This document shows, in pieces, positions 41,497 to 54,486 of a DNA stretch of 64,000 bases (position 1 is the stretch's first letter; every line of letters starts with the position of its first letter). The stretch lies in the NCBI RefSeq assembly GCF_037042905.1, contig NC_087245.1:10542001-10606000 (forward strand), given 5' to 3'. A model generated the notes under the pieces. It saw nothing but the letters and a program-made list of their open reading frames with translations, made no database searches and was not told the origin of the DNA. Source of the DNA: Lytechinus pictus. Taxonomy: Eukaryota. Position numbers and translations under genes: made by a program.

Positions 41497-42571
41497 TTAA
41501 TATTAAAGTATACATAAATCACCGAACAAAATGCGAGCGTGCATGCAGTGCTAGCTAATAATGTTTGACAATCAGAACTGAAAAGGGATATTTTGAGAAC
41601 TTTAGGCCTATGTAATACACAAAAAAAAAAATTTCGAGCGCGCAGCGCAAGCAGAAAATGTTAACCAAAAAAGTGGACGTTTTACAGAGCAATTTTTAAA
41701 ATGAATTCATAAATCAAACAAAATAATGAAATATGTTTTGTATATTGACTTCAAAACTTGAAAGTTTAAGCTTCATATCAGCCTATTGAGCAAGATATGT
41801 ATCTTGCTCTGACATTAGGGGGAGGGGGCCTTCGCCCCCTGGATCCGCCTAGGTTTATAAGGCGCTTATACTATACAGGCGTTATACTAAGCGCACATGT
41901 ATTCTGTTTATGGTTTATACTTAGGGGGGGTGGGGGGGAATGACACAACTACAACTAATACTAAAAGTCAAAACTGGTGTGCACGGTAGCATGGTACGTG
42001 CACCCCAATGTGCAAAATTTTATCCCCATTTCGAATTTATGTTTTAGATATTTGAAATGAAGCGCATGCATGCAGTTAGGCTGCTTAATTTTACCATGGA
42101 CCATGATTTTACGAAAAACAGGAAGGGGCCTGCCGGTCTGGCAAAATGTGCAAAATGAGCTGTGCGAACAAAATGCAGTGGGATAAAAATGAAAATCAAT
42201 ATAGGGACATGGGATGATTATGGTCTACCGCCATCTATGTCTATTGAAAGATATAGTAATTCACTTTGCTTCGGTAGTTAATTTGACGCTGCAAAAACGA
42301 GAAAAAAAAAAAAAAAAAAAAAAATAGATCTATATCAGAGACCAGGGGCCGCGGAACGGTTTTCAAGGGGGGGGGGGGCTGAACCTGCAAAAAATCACAA
42401 TCGGGTCATTTTTACGTTTTTGTACACGGTTTTGAAGGATGCATTCGATTATACATATTTGTGAAGAGAATGGAATTCTCTTTGTATTCTTAATATGACT
42501 TTGTATTAAAACCATATTTTAATCGAGCATCACGCTCTAAATAGAATAAAATTGTGTTACCAAATAATATA

Positions 42572-43548
42572 CAGTGTGTATAAAAAAGGTTTACACTTTG
42601 AAAAAAAAACCCTGGGAATTAGAAAATATACAACATGTGGGTATTATTTTTCACATATATTCTTGGGTTTGGGTCTCATCTATCCAATGAAAGTAAAAGT
42701 TCTGACAGAATGTTACACTTGAGTGAGCACTGTCCATTTTTGTAAAGCTCGCAGAAATCTCTTTGCGCTGAAATGCTCGTTTTCACGCTGTGTCAACGGG
42801 AAAAGGCGAAATAAAACTTCCCTTGCGAAACAGGGAAACATTTCTTATACATTTCCTTGCAATTTTAGTCAATTGAAATAAAACGGATACATTCAAGCAT
42901 TTTCTAACAATTTTGCCACCCAAATTAACCACAACTTTTACCCTTTTTTGTGCCAGCTGGATCTGAGGACATAACTGAATCTAAACAAAAGTGTATAGAT
43001 CAAACATCTCCAGCAATTTTTTCACTAAGTTTTTTTTAAGAGTGGGTTTACATTTCATTTTATATTTAATACTTGTCTCTCCACACTTTTCCCAAGATCG
43101 ACAATGATTAACAAAATGAAAATCAAGTCTAAGCTATTTCATGTAAATCACAGCTCAGTGTAAAGCAAATATCGTCACGATGGCCTCGGTGTGTGCATGG
43201 GGGAGTGGGGTGGGGCGCAATGGCACTCTTCGAACGGGTTTTGGACAAGAAAACAATTTAAAAAAAGGTAAAAGATATCTTCAAATCAAATCCATGTGTT
43301 CTTCATGATTAATTAAGGTCTACTTTTATTCGCATAATTATTTCATAGTTCTGCGCAAATCATTTTTCACTAACTTTTCAAAAGTAAGTGGTGTTCACCC
43401 AAGCGGAAATATTTTTCGACAGTTAAATCGTAATTTGCTTAAATTGATCTGTACCAATGTCAAAATGTGGAAAATCTTCAGGATATTACAAAATAATGTA
43501 TAACTTTACAGGATTTCTTCTAAGTGTAAACTTTATTTGATACGCACG
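42572..43548. mobile_element. Tc1/mariner-like non-autonomous element
   Basis: TA|CAGTGTGTATAAAAAAGGTTTACACTT ... AAGTGTAAACTTTATTTGATACGCACG|TA. Confidence 0.65.
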
Positions 43549-44225
43549 TAGAATGCAATTATGAATGATAATGAAAGAAAATAAAGGTGAAGAAGAAGAA
43601 AGAAGAAGAACAAGAATTCTAGCTCCTCTTTTTCAAGCGCCTTGAGCATTTCAACAAAGTGGATAATGGCGCTATATAAATCTTATGTATTATTATTATT
43701 ATTAAGAAGAAGACGAAAAAGAAGACGAAGAAGAAGAAGAAGAAGGGGAGAAGGATCGCGCGGAGGAGAATGACGATCGAGGTTTAAACGAGAAGATGAA
43801 GAAACTGAAAAAAAAAAGGAACAGAAGAAAATGCTTGGAACAGAACTTAGGGGGGTGGGACTTGAATAATATGAAAGAAAAAGAAGTAAGGCGATAATGA
43901 GAAAGAAAGAAAAAAAAAAACAAATATGAAAGAAGACCTCCGGGCACAATAATTAATCTACAACAAAAGGAAATGAGGTTTTTGCGATTACACCGAAATC
44001 AATAACTTTAGATATCTACGTCCTCGCTTGGTTGATGAGAATTCAAAATAATTATGATTCCAAGCTGAGCGCCAAGGTTGTCTTCAGTAAGAGTGCACGC
44101 TCTTGCGCGTTCAATGACTTAATGATCAATAATAATCAATAAAAAGTCTCAATCTGCGCGATCTATACGGGAGCGGGGGATATCGATGGGGCCTTCCTCG
44201 GGACCGTTATCTTATTTGCATAATT

Positions 44226-44265
44226 GATTGGGTCACGTGGTTACCATTGACAACAAAGTATGGCG
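44226..44265 (+). promoter_or_regulatory. Promoter motif cluster: reverse CCAAT, E-box GTCACGTG, RFX X-box GTTACCATTGACAAC, YY1-like ATGGCG
   Basis: GATTGG 44226-31, GTCACGTG 44232-39, X-box 44240-54 and ATGGCG 44260-65, within a CpG-rich patch just upstream of the first exon. Confidence 0.7.
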
Positions 44266-44362
44266 ACGAGACTGGGAATCGAATCTGACAGCGAAGAAAA
44301 CGCTTTTCCCGTTTACTGGTCCTTTTCTTCGTGCTAAGACATGTGACTTTTGATCTGGAGGT

Positions 44363-44388
44363 ATGCAGCCGAATTTATCAGGAGGAAG
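44363..44388 (+). CDS. Exon 1 of an uncharacterised 274-aa protein (MQPNLSGG-R)
   Basis: ATG...GGAAG|GTGAGT donor, phase 2, in frame with exon 2. Confidence 0.7.
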
Positions 44389-44716
44389 GTGAGTTCAACG
44401 TATGATAAAGACTGAGTTAAATATTTTATTTTTGTCAAAAGCTTTGATCTTTTCCGACTTTTTTACCCGTTGTGTTTTGTTAGTTACCCCTTCTTCCTCT
44501 CCGGTTTCGCGTTGATCAGGCTCGCTGGCGGGACCGCCTAAGTTCTGTTGGGACTCCGTCTTGACATTCAGTACGCGAGCCCGAACTTCAATTTTTTAAT
44601 AAAGTTTACTTTAGTTAGATTATACTTGACCTTTATTTTATAGGCGTTTCGTTAATTTCACGGGAGCGATCTCTCAGCAAAGTGGTCAAATGTTAGTTAC
44701 TGATAGTTTAAATTTA

Positions 44717-45946
44717 TGATGGGGTGTCCAAACTTTGCCGTTTGCGGACTTTTCAAAAATATTCTTCAGGCTAAAATTTGTTCACAATTTATGCAAAACC
44801 AATTTAAAGGAGAATGAAACCTTTGGAACAAAATAGCTTGTGTGAAAATAAAAAAATCAAAGAAACAGATCAACGATAGTTTGAGAAAAATCAGACGATT
44901 AATGAGAAAGTTATGAGCATTTGGATATTGCGATCACTAGACACTAATGCTATGGAGTCTAATGGAGATCCTCCCTTTGGCAATGTGACAAAGATGTGTG
45001 ATGTCACTTGTGAACAACTCTCCCCATTTTAGTATATATTTCACTTAAACTGCCTCTTTTATCACATCTATCAGTAGATCATGCATTCTTTTTATAGGAG
45101 AGCATGTAATACAGATTTTTAAAGAAAACATCATGGATGAAGAAAAAGGAAAAAGATAAATTTTTGGGGTATTTTATAGTCAATCAAAGAGAAAGTTGTT
45201 CACAAGTGACATCACACATCCTTGTCGCATTGCCAATAGGAGGATCTCCATAGCATTAATGATTGCATTTCAAATGCTCATAACTTTCTCATTATTAATA
45301 TTTGTCTGATTTTTCTCAAACTTTCTTTGTTCTTATTCTTTGATTTTTCTGTTTCGAAACAAGCCAACTTGTTCCAAAGGTTTCATTTTCCTTTAAGAAA
45401 TAGTTACCACATTGACGGCAAGATCGTAAACTATAAAATCATTGACAAAAATGTGAAGTTGGTCAAGGGATTTCGCCGGTATCGCGATCTCAAAATTCTA
45501 TCCTGATCGACGAATGCGCGCTGTGCAGGAAAACCGTTCTGAAAAAGTGTGACCTAACTTCGCGGACCAAAGATTTTGAGGAGATTTAAACAAAAACTCA
45601 AGCTCAAAAGGTGAGATATTTATATCAGATTGACGACAAAATGCTATAGAATTAGTCAATACCACATTGAACTCACATTTTTTATATCTGCTTGCAAAAT
45701 GATGATATCGTGATGCTTGTTAAGGATATCAGATTTCTTCGGAACGGGCACTAACGGTGACAAATTTGCCGATCTTTTGTCAATATTTTCATGAATACTG
45801 AACTCATCCTGAAGAAACTTACACCAAAGGCTAATTTTAGGTCGCTTTTCACGTTGATGATGTCAGATTTTAAGGATATTGGCTAGTTTTTGAGATAATG
45901 ACCGTCCGCGAAGTATGGACACACGCGAAGTTTGGACTCACTGCCA
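44717..45946. mobile_element. TA-flanked TIR element containing a nested Kolobok-like MITE
   Basis: TA|TGATGGGGTGTCCAAACTTTGC ... GCGAAGTTTGGACTCACTGCCA|TA (imperfect TIR). Confidence 0.5.
44808..45392. mobile_element. Kolobok-like palindromic MITE family C
   Basis: TTAA|AGGAGAATGAAACCTTTGGAACAA ... TTGTTCCAAAGGTTTCATTTTCCT|TTAA with long inverted arms. Confidence 0.85.
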
Positions 45947-46036
45947 TACATATATTCTATTAAATTCTAGGCAAGTTCTGGCCTGAGAAAACCCAAAAAA
46001 GGCAAAAATGCAACAACAAAAAACTAAATTCATATA

Positions 46037-47310
46037 CAGTGCATCCCAAAAAAAACTATACACTTTTGAAATGGCTGCCAAATAAAAGGTATATCACTTT
46101 GGGGGGAAGACTTATACATATTGAAAGCCAATAAAGTCATCTTTCAAATGACACCAAAATGTTGGAAAACTATTTATGCTTGAGTGAGCACTACCCACTT
46201 AAACAAAGCCGGTATGAAAATTAGGGTGGGCAGGAATATGCCTTTCGGTTTCTTTCAGTTTTTGAGAGGCAAGTCCCTTGGAACTTGCAAACTTGAGGGT
46301 GTTGTGATGAATTGATGGTCATTCATTATCAATTTAAATTGTTAGAGCAAATTCATGAATTATCAATTTGAAATTCCATGCATGAGTGAGCGTGAATTGC
46401 AATCTTTAGTGCAGCATTTTAACTTTAAAATGTGGGTCTCAGCAGTGTGTTCATTTGAGTCGGGAGAATAGGGGTAAGAAACGACTTCAGTGGGTGAAGT
46501 AAGCTGATGGGAAAAGGGTCAACAGAACGTTTAGCCTCCCTCCTACAGGTCGATCTGTCTCTCCCCCCCTCCTGTTGAGATCGAGACTGATTGCTATTAC
46601 ATGTACGCATTAAGTGCAGAGCGGACTGTCAATTTGATAATAAATTCTAAAATTAGGTCATCAACTTTTACCTATCAATCATTCAATCAACAATCTGCTA
46701 GTAAATCAACTCAATCAATGTGATCAATCAAATATTCACCTTTTTCAATAAATCATCAATCAAACATTCAGCTTTTCCAAAAAATTATTTCATAAATCAT
46801 CATAATTAGTCAAGTTCCTAATAATCATTAAATGGAAAAGAAAGACCCGTCAACCATATTAGTTACTTGGCATTTAAGTTTTATATACCATCCAGGAGAA
46901 AGAAAGGGGGTGGAGTGCGGGGGTGAGTACATGACATGTAATTTGTAAGAGAACTCAAAGAAGAATGCCCCTTTAACCCAGTCTTACCCTATCTCACCCC
47001 CTTGAATGTAACAGGTACCATCACATTACTCTGACTCTCATAAGCACACTTGCTAAGATCCACATAATACACTAAAAATGCTATACTCAGATTACAATTC
47101 CTGTTTACTCATGCATTACATATATTTACATTTCAATTTAGTAACTCATGAAATTTGCTTTAGAAACCCAAACTGATCTCAATTCATCAGTAATTTAGCA
47201 TAACACCCTTAACTTTGCAAGTTCCAAAGGACTCGCCTCTAAAAAAAACTGGGAGGCTAATTCCTGCTCACCCTAGCAAAGGCTAGTCTCTCAGGAGGGG
47301 TGAAAGGGGT

Positions 47311-47346
<36 letters not shown>

Positions 47347-47846
47347 GTGTTAACTTAAGTGTTCTGTTGACCCATATCCTGCCAACCTACTTCCCCCACC
47401 TACATGTAAGTCCTATCCCTATTCTGACTTCCATGAACACATTGCTGAGATCCACTTGAAAAAGTGAAAAATTGTATTTCATGTTCACTCATGCATTAAA
47501 TTTCAATTTAAGAATTCTTGAAATTTGCTCTAAAAACCTAAATTGATAATGCTTGATCATTTATTTATCAAAACACCCTCAACTTTGCAAGTTCCAAGGG
47601 ACTCGCATCTCAAAAACTGAAAGAAATTGGAAGGCTAATTCCTGCCCACCCTTATTTTCATACTCTTTTTTTCAGTGGGCATTGCACACTCAAGCATGAA
47701 TAGTTTTCCAACTTTTTGGTGTCAAACTGTCATTTAAAAGTTGACTTTATTGGCTTCCATATATATGTAAGTGTTTTCCCCCAAAGTGATATATTTTCTT
47801 ATTTGGCAGCCATTTCAAAAGTGTGTAGTTTTTTTGGGACGCACTG
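46037..47846. mobile_element. Tc1/mariner-like foldback element with roughly 400-bp inverted arms
   Basis: TA|CAGTGCATCCCAAAAAAAACTATACACTTTTGAAATGGCTGCCAA ... TTGGCAGCCATTTCAAAAGTGTGTAGTTTTTTTGGGACGCACTG|TA. Confidence 0.85.
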
Positions 47847-48732
47847 TAGATCTAGAGTCTAGGGTCTACCAGCCTAAAGCTATAGTATAGGCTATATGAA
47901 TTTATAAAAAAAAATCCAGAAAAATAATTAATAGGCCTATTAAGTTAGATAGTCTTTGTTAGGCCTATAGGCCTACTAACATAAGTAACATTAAAAATAT
48001 TGAAGGTTTGAGGAAAATGCAATGAAGATTAAGAAAATCATTAGAATTTCTACTTCATGAAGACATGATGACTAAACAAATTCTTCTTTTAGAAGTGGCA
48101 GTGAAACTTTTTTGTTGATATACTGAAGCCTGAAGGTACAATAAAAACCATTGCCAATTATTTTAGACAATGAAATTTCATTGATCTTTAAATTCACGAT
48201 ACATCACATGGGAAGCTGATCGCATATAACGTCACAAATTAACAAAAAAGAAATTCAAATAGATCTAGAGTCTACATGCATAACTTCGATCCGATGCCAA
48301 TCCGATGGATTCCCTCAATTTCACCAATAATATTTTTAAATTATTTTTAATGAACTTCTTTTTTTTATGACTTTAAAAATTCTTAATGAGTTTAAAAATT
48401 GATTCAATTCAGTCTCCCTGCTCTTGTCTAGATATTAAGTAAAAGTAAAGATATAGAACATATATTTCCTAACATCTTATTATGATTGAATATCAACTTT
48501 ATGGTAATTTATAAAGTGTGCACAAATTATGGTCACCCTGTCACTTGAATTTACATATTTGCCAAATGCATGCTGTATACAGTCCAAACAATTGTCCACT
48601 TTTGTCCTACATTTCTGATACCGGTATGCAATTCTGATATGATCTGGCAGGTTAGAGATGCAAAACCCTGTTTATTCAATATGAAAACAAAGGGAAGTAG
48701 ATCTACATGCAAATCAATGTAAATAAGTCCAG

Positions 48733-48904
48733 GTGGGTGTTTCATAAAGCTGTTCATAAGTTAAGAGCGACTTTAAGAACGACTGGTGAACCTTTCTTGT
48801 GGTAAATGGTATATTGAATTGGCGATGGTTTAGCGCGTAAGAAGGGTTCACCAGTCGCTCTTAAAGTCACTCTTAACTTACGAACAGCTTTATGAAACGG
48901 CCCC
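48733..48904. mobile_element. Palindromic MITE inserted at CCAGG (Harbinger-like, CWG TSD)
   Basis: Near-perfect arms GTTTCATAAAGCTGTTC...GACTGGTGAACC / GGTTCACCAGTC...GAACAGCTTTATGAAAC; CCAGG on both sides. Confidence 0.8.
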
Positions 48905-48907
48905 CAG

Positions 48908-49031
48908 GGCTCTGTAACACAAAGGTTAGCGATTAATTGTATGCTTGATTTTCACGATTGATTGTACATGTACATTGTAGCCACTGCAATCAATGTTCTC
49001 TGATCATTGCTAAGCTTTGTGTTACGAACCC
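48908..49031. mobile_element. Second palindromic MITE sharing the CCAGG site
   Basis: GTAACACAAAGGTTAGCGAT ... ATTGCTAAGCTTTGTGTTAC; CCAGG on both sides. Confidence 0.7.
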
Positions 49032-50457
49032 CAGGTTACTCTTCTTTTTACAACAAAGTACATGTACAGAACTAATGTTAAAAAATGAACAATATGACAA
49101 GAAATTTAAATATAAAACAAGCAATATGACAATACAAGTTACATAAAGCAATTTTTATGGTGATTGCAGAAAAGAAAATTGAAATAGTAGATTAAGCACA
49201 TCTTTACAACTGAAATGGAGAGAGCATTATGAGCATACACCTGTAGAGAGGAGATAGAAAGATTGAACTTGAAGAAAAGATAAAGGAGGAAGGAAAAGAG
49301 TGGCAAGCAAGAAGGAAAAGAAGAAGGAGACTAGAAGAGGAGGAGAAGAAGACAAAGAAGAGTTCATGGGGCTCTACATGTATACATGCATCTCTTCTTC
49401 GGAGACAAGAGTGAGAAAATGAAATTTTCACCAAAGATTCTTATTTTGACTTTTAACTATCTGTTGTTTCACTGTTTTGTCAAAAAAAGCCCAATAAAAA
49501 TATGAGTTGTCACTGACTGATGTCCCCTCCCCTCTGTAATGAGTAATGAATTCCTGGATTTGCTTGATTGTACGTGTAGTACATGTAGGCCTACACTCTC
49601 ACATTGCCATGGGTATTGGCTCAGTAAATGTGTGTATAGTACATGAAGGCCTATATGTAGTATGTGCATTTATCATCTCTTTTCTAGGATAGAATTGGGT
49701 CTGTTCCCAAAATAGTATTCTCTGTGTCTAGTAAAAAAAATCAAGTTGGCATTTGCGTTATCACATGAAACATTGCAAACTGAGAATATGATGTTCTGAA
49801 AAGGAGTGTACTATGCATGTATGTTTGGCAGCCAACTTTTCTGTTAATTAATAGCCAAAAAGGAAAGACTCACTCTTTTTGTGATGGGAGAGAAGTTTAA
49901 TACGGTACTCAATACTGTTTATTGTTTAATCAATTGGCATAAAAAGGATAGAGTTTTTGAGTTTTTATTTTTTTTAATTATTATTATTATTATTATTTAT
50001 TATTATTATTATTTTTTTTTTTTGGGGGGGGGACCATTTCATGAAAGTTATCACTTGTCAGCACTGCCAAGCTGTCATCCTGTAGGAAATTACAGGAAAC
50101 TATAGTACCTGTATTTAAATATCAATTTCATCCCATCACTTCTGCTTTAAAAGTAGATTTAAGTATATATCTGTTTTGTAGTACAGTTGAAGTTTTTGAG
50201 TAGAAAATGAATTTTTGTAGATCATTTGCTGTTGCTTGTTTTTAGAAGTGAATGTGAACAATTGATTTAAACATTTTAAACATTTTCTTATAAGCAAGAA
50301 GTCCATTTGAATTCCACCCTGTCATAGTCCCTTCATTTTTTTCCTACAGTAAGTGCATGTGTACAATATTTATTGGTATCCAGGGACTTGAGATTGTCAA
50401 TTTTCTTTTCAATTAAATTGTATCCCAATTTGCTGTTTCTCTTTGTATCATCCATAG

Positions 50458-50721
50458 AAGCGACGATCCACTTGAACGTTCATTCCCACACATCAAGCTT
50501 GCCTCTCCTGAAGATGAACTGTTGAACAAATCCCTGTTGGAATCCCTGACCCCAGCTTCTCCTAGCTCTAGTGCTCCATACCGTCTTCCTAAGCTCAGTT
50601 CTACAGGGTCGGTCTCTTCAACATGTACATCAGGTAGTGATCCCTTAGAGGGTACCCTACGCAATGGACAGTCATCGACGGATGGTCTCAGCCCACGCAG
50701 TCAACAGAGCATCAAATCCAA
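50458..50721 (+). CDS. Exon 2 of the uncharacterised 274-aa protein
   Basis: Pyrimidine tract + TAG acceptor, GTAAGT donor, 264 nt, phase 2-2, open (SDDPLERSFPHIKLASPEDELLNKSLLES...QQSIKS). Confidence 0.85.
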
Positions 50722-51370
50722 GTAAGTTTACCCCTGAAAGGCTGTATAAGTAATAAGTCTAGTTATAAGTTGCAGTATCATACTACATATATGCACTGTG
50801 TTATAATTCAGTTTTTCAAACACTGATAACGTACAGAAATAAGAATTATTGTAGTGCAAAAAAATTGTATATTACACCTACATAGAACAACAAATAACAT
50901 GTATTTTTCAGCATTTAAAACTGGCAATCATTTGTTTGCTTCAATTGCCTGCATATTGTAATGTATGCTTGTTTAAACTAGTAGAGCATCCTATGGATTA
51001 GATTTAAGATAAGTACACATTGCAAAAATCTTTCACGAAACATGCATGTAGACTTTAGATACTGCATTATACATTAATAACTTTGTTCATGCTTCAGATA
51101 ATAATTTTCATTGAGAATCTATATCAGGCTGTTAATACCACCGTCTGTTTGATGGGCAAGTCTACATGTATCGTTTATTGACAGATTTTCTTGTACTAGA
51201 AAAAACATTTTAAGCATGTGGACTATAATTGTTTGAATTGTGGTACAATGAAGATACGAGTAACGATTGTCATTTCATATGCTGGATATTTTTTTCTGTG
51301 TTACTTCTTTTGCGGAGGATGGATTACATGTATATCCTGACACACTATTTTGTATTGTTATTATTCATAG

Positions 51371-51646
51371 CCTGTCCAAGGTGTCCAGTAGGAGTACTCG
51401 ATCTAGCAATCGCCTTCCCATCCCTCCCTACACCATAGCACAACTCCGACGGGCGCAAAACATCCATGTGCCATCCTTTAAGAAGGCACAGTTTGCCCCT
51501 CTTGTCTCTAGTCCTGCTCGGAAAGCAGTCATAGAAGAAGACAGTAAGACAGATAGGACTGAAGTGCATGATAGGACCAGAGTTGAACAGGAGATACATG
51601 TCCGGGCAGAGCCAGAAACAACAAGAGCAACTACTAGATATTCACA
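51371..51646 (+). CDS. Exon 3 of the uncharacterised 274-aa protein
   Basis: TTATTCATAG acceptor, GTAAGT donor, 276 nt, phase 2-2, open (LSKVSSRSTRSSNRLPIPPYTIAQLRRAQNIHVPSF...TTRYS). Confidence 0.85.
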
Positions 51647-51905
51647 GTAAGTCAGATAGAAAGAAAATGATACATGAAATGGGAGTGAAGATAGGAAATC
51701 AAAGTAGCATATTTTTAGAAGAAATACATAAAAGATGTAGATAAAAAGTACATTTCATGGAAATATTACAGCCTCTTTCAAAGTGCAGCAAGTGAATTAC
51801 AAAGTTGATGGAATTGGAAGGTATTGATAGATTCAGATATTTGAGAGATTTTCATGTAAATAATTTGGATTAGATGTTGGAATAAAAGCAATTCTTCCTT
51901 ATTTA

Positions 51906-52798
51906 GGCGGTGCTGCACCATCCCGAGTTTGCTCAATCTCGAGATTTTAGCCCGATCGGCCTACTTCGCGATTAATCTCGAGATTCAAGAAACCCCGTCT
52001 CCACCATCGCAAGAAGAGCGATTCCTGCTCGAGCGAGGCAACAAGCCCGATATTCCGAGCATGCGCACTTTCGGATCTTGGAGTTTCAACGGCCCGCGCT
52101 TTTGAATAACTTCCCGCGATATGCAAGCAATGTACTCCTTTCACTAGCACTTTCGCCGAATTCGACCGGTGTTATGCAACAATCCTCTCAGCGAGTGAAG
52201 AAGTGATGTATTCTTCGTTAAATATGATGGCGGAGTAGGAGGCAACGACAGAGAGAGAGAGAGAGGGAGAGAAGGAGGAAAGAAATGCTATTTGCTCACA
52301 TTTTGCGAAGGAATAAGACGACACTGCTGTCAGTGTTGTTATTGAATATGACCATCGTCGATGAGCGCCTCCCCCTTCGGTCTGGTCTCTTCCAAAATCC
52401 ATTCACTGGTCGGACACCATCGTTGCTGATTAGGCAATTGATGAACGCTATTCGCGATATTCGCATGCATAAAGTTGACTTTCGCACGTGTTTATGTTTT
52501 GACCAAGGCGGAAGTGGAACGCGAATTGCATTATGGACTGACGTCATGAATAAATTACCCCGAGTCCAATCTCGAGTGCGTCTGCACCTACGAATTAGCG
52601 GGATAATTCGTAAAATAGCGCGCTATTTTGCAAATAAACCCGAGTTGACTTGGGATTGCAATCTCGAGATTAATCCTACGAACTAGCGCGATAATTGCGT
52701 CTGCACTGCAAACTATCTCGAGATTTTTCAGATCGGGATAATTTGCCGGATCAGAAATAGCGCGCTAATTTGAAAACTCGGGATGGTGCAGACGGCCC
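51906..52798. mobile_element. Harbinger-like MITE, CpG-rich
   Basis: CTGCACCATCCCGAGTTT ... AAACTCGGGATGGTGCAG; TTA/TCA flanks; repeated ATCTCGAGAT palindromes. Confidence 0.75.
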
Positions 52799-53997
52799 TC
52801 ATGAGAGTTTTATCAGTAACTTTTTCACCAGCCAATCAGATGGAAGGGTTTTCAGCAGCTGTTGTACATCAAAATCTATGATGATATTCTTTATGAAATG
52901 CTACCCTGATGTGAACATTTTGACAAAGTGATTTTTTTTACTTGTAGCAAGTCATCTTACATAACAGACTACATACATGCAAAGTTCTGCTGAAAATATG
53001 GGTTCCATGTTTTATTGGTGTCCCCCACCCTTCTCTCTTTCCCTGTTTTATAGTATTTAATTGTTTTTGTTGGTGTACAAGAACCTCATGTTAGCAGTTG
53101 CCAAGTGTTATTCTTGCAAAGTCCTTGACAGATATACTTATTTGTTTCCTTTATGTCAACTGCCAGAGGCGTGGAGAGATCTAACCGCCTTTCAAATGTT
53201 TTATAAGGCATTTCTACAATTATAAGAGTAAGAGTGAGTTGCATAGTCTTTTTATAGCACAAAAGCTTTTCTACTTCATTATCAGAAAATCAATATATAG
53301 TGAAATAGTATTGATTTATACTCCTTGGTCAATGTGTCCTCAGGCTATATGCACAAAAGAAATCTTGTTGTGTAAGAAAGTGATCAGAGATGATTTCCTT
53401 AATGGAGTCTATTGTAGCCTAGTGACAGAGTCTTTTTTTTTTTTACTTGTACACACGTACATGTGTGGGGATCAATAGCTAGACTTACATTTATAATGGA
53501 GTTTTTGAAGTCATTGGTAGTATTTGTTGAGAATGTAAAACAAAATATACAGTTGAAATTGAAGAACGATTATGGATGAAACAAATACTGAAAAAAGTGA
53601 ATCTGAAGGATGCATTTATAAGTATACATGTACTTGTTTGATACACTGTACATCACATATGGCACAACTCTTTTTGTATGTGTGGTGTTAAATCAACCCA
53701 CATTCTGTTTGTGCTTGGATTTGTGAAATTGCTGTCTTTAAAGGTTCAGATTGGAAATCAAAATCCCTCTTCCCCAGTGCAAAGTTTATTTAATTGATGA
53801 AAAGAGGCTAAACTGCAATGTTTGCCCACAAATAAACTCATTGTTGAGTCTTCCTTTAGATGCGTAGTGTTGTATGTCTGTAAAAAGCATATCTTGTTTA
53901 CGATTTTGATTGTAGTGTTGAGGCACTTCCCTGTATTGATTTGGAAACACCTGCAAGGTCCTCTTTCAAATAGGCTTGTTTAATTTCTGGTATTTAA

Positions 53998-54486
53998 AGG
54001 TCAAGTCCACCCCAGGAAAATGCTGACTTGAATAAATAGAGAAAAATCAAACTAGCATAGTGCTGAAAATTTCATCAAAATCGGATGTAAAATAAGAAAG
54101 TATTGACATTTTAAATTTTCGCTTATTTTTCACAAAACAATGATATGCACAACTAGGTGAGTCAGTCGATGTCCATCACTTACTATTTCTTTTGGTTTTT
54201 ATTGTTTGAATTATACAATATTTAATTTTTTATAGATTTGACAATAAGGGCCAACTTGACTGAACCATATTAAACAATGCTAATTCCGCATGTTTAGGGA
54301 GGAGGAAATTAGAATATTTCATATTTCATATAATAAAATACAAAAGAAATAGTGAGTGGATGACGTCAGCCTCCTCATTTGCATACCAGCCAGGATGTGC
54401 ATATAACTGTTTTGTGAAATTAAGCAAAAATTTAAAATGTCATAACTTTCTTATTTTACATTTACATTTTGGGGTGGACTTGTCCT
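53998..54486 (-). mobile_element. Kolobok-like MITE family A, copy 4 (opposite orientation, internal deletions)
   Basis: TTAA|AGGTCAAGTCCACCCC ... GGGGTGGACTTGTCCT|TTAA. Confidence 0.85.

Noticed and set aside
44260..44337. ATGGCG as the main start codon of the plus-strand gene
   Set aside because: In-frame TAA at 44335 before the donor; only the ATG at 44363 joins exon 2 in frame.
51947..52686. Overlapping ORFs in a CpG-rich patch that might be an exon or promoter
   Set aside because: Enclosed by the TIRs of a Harbinger-like MITE; not needed for the in-frame gene model.
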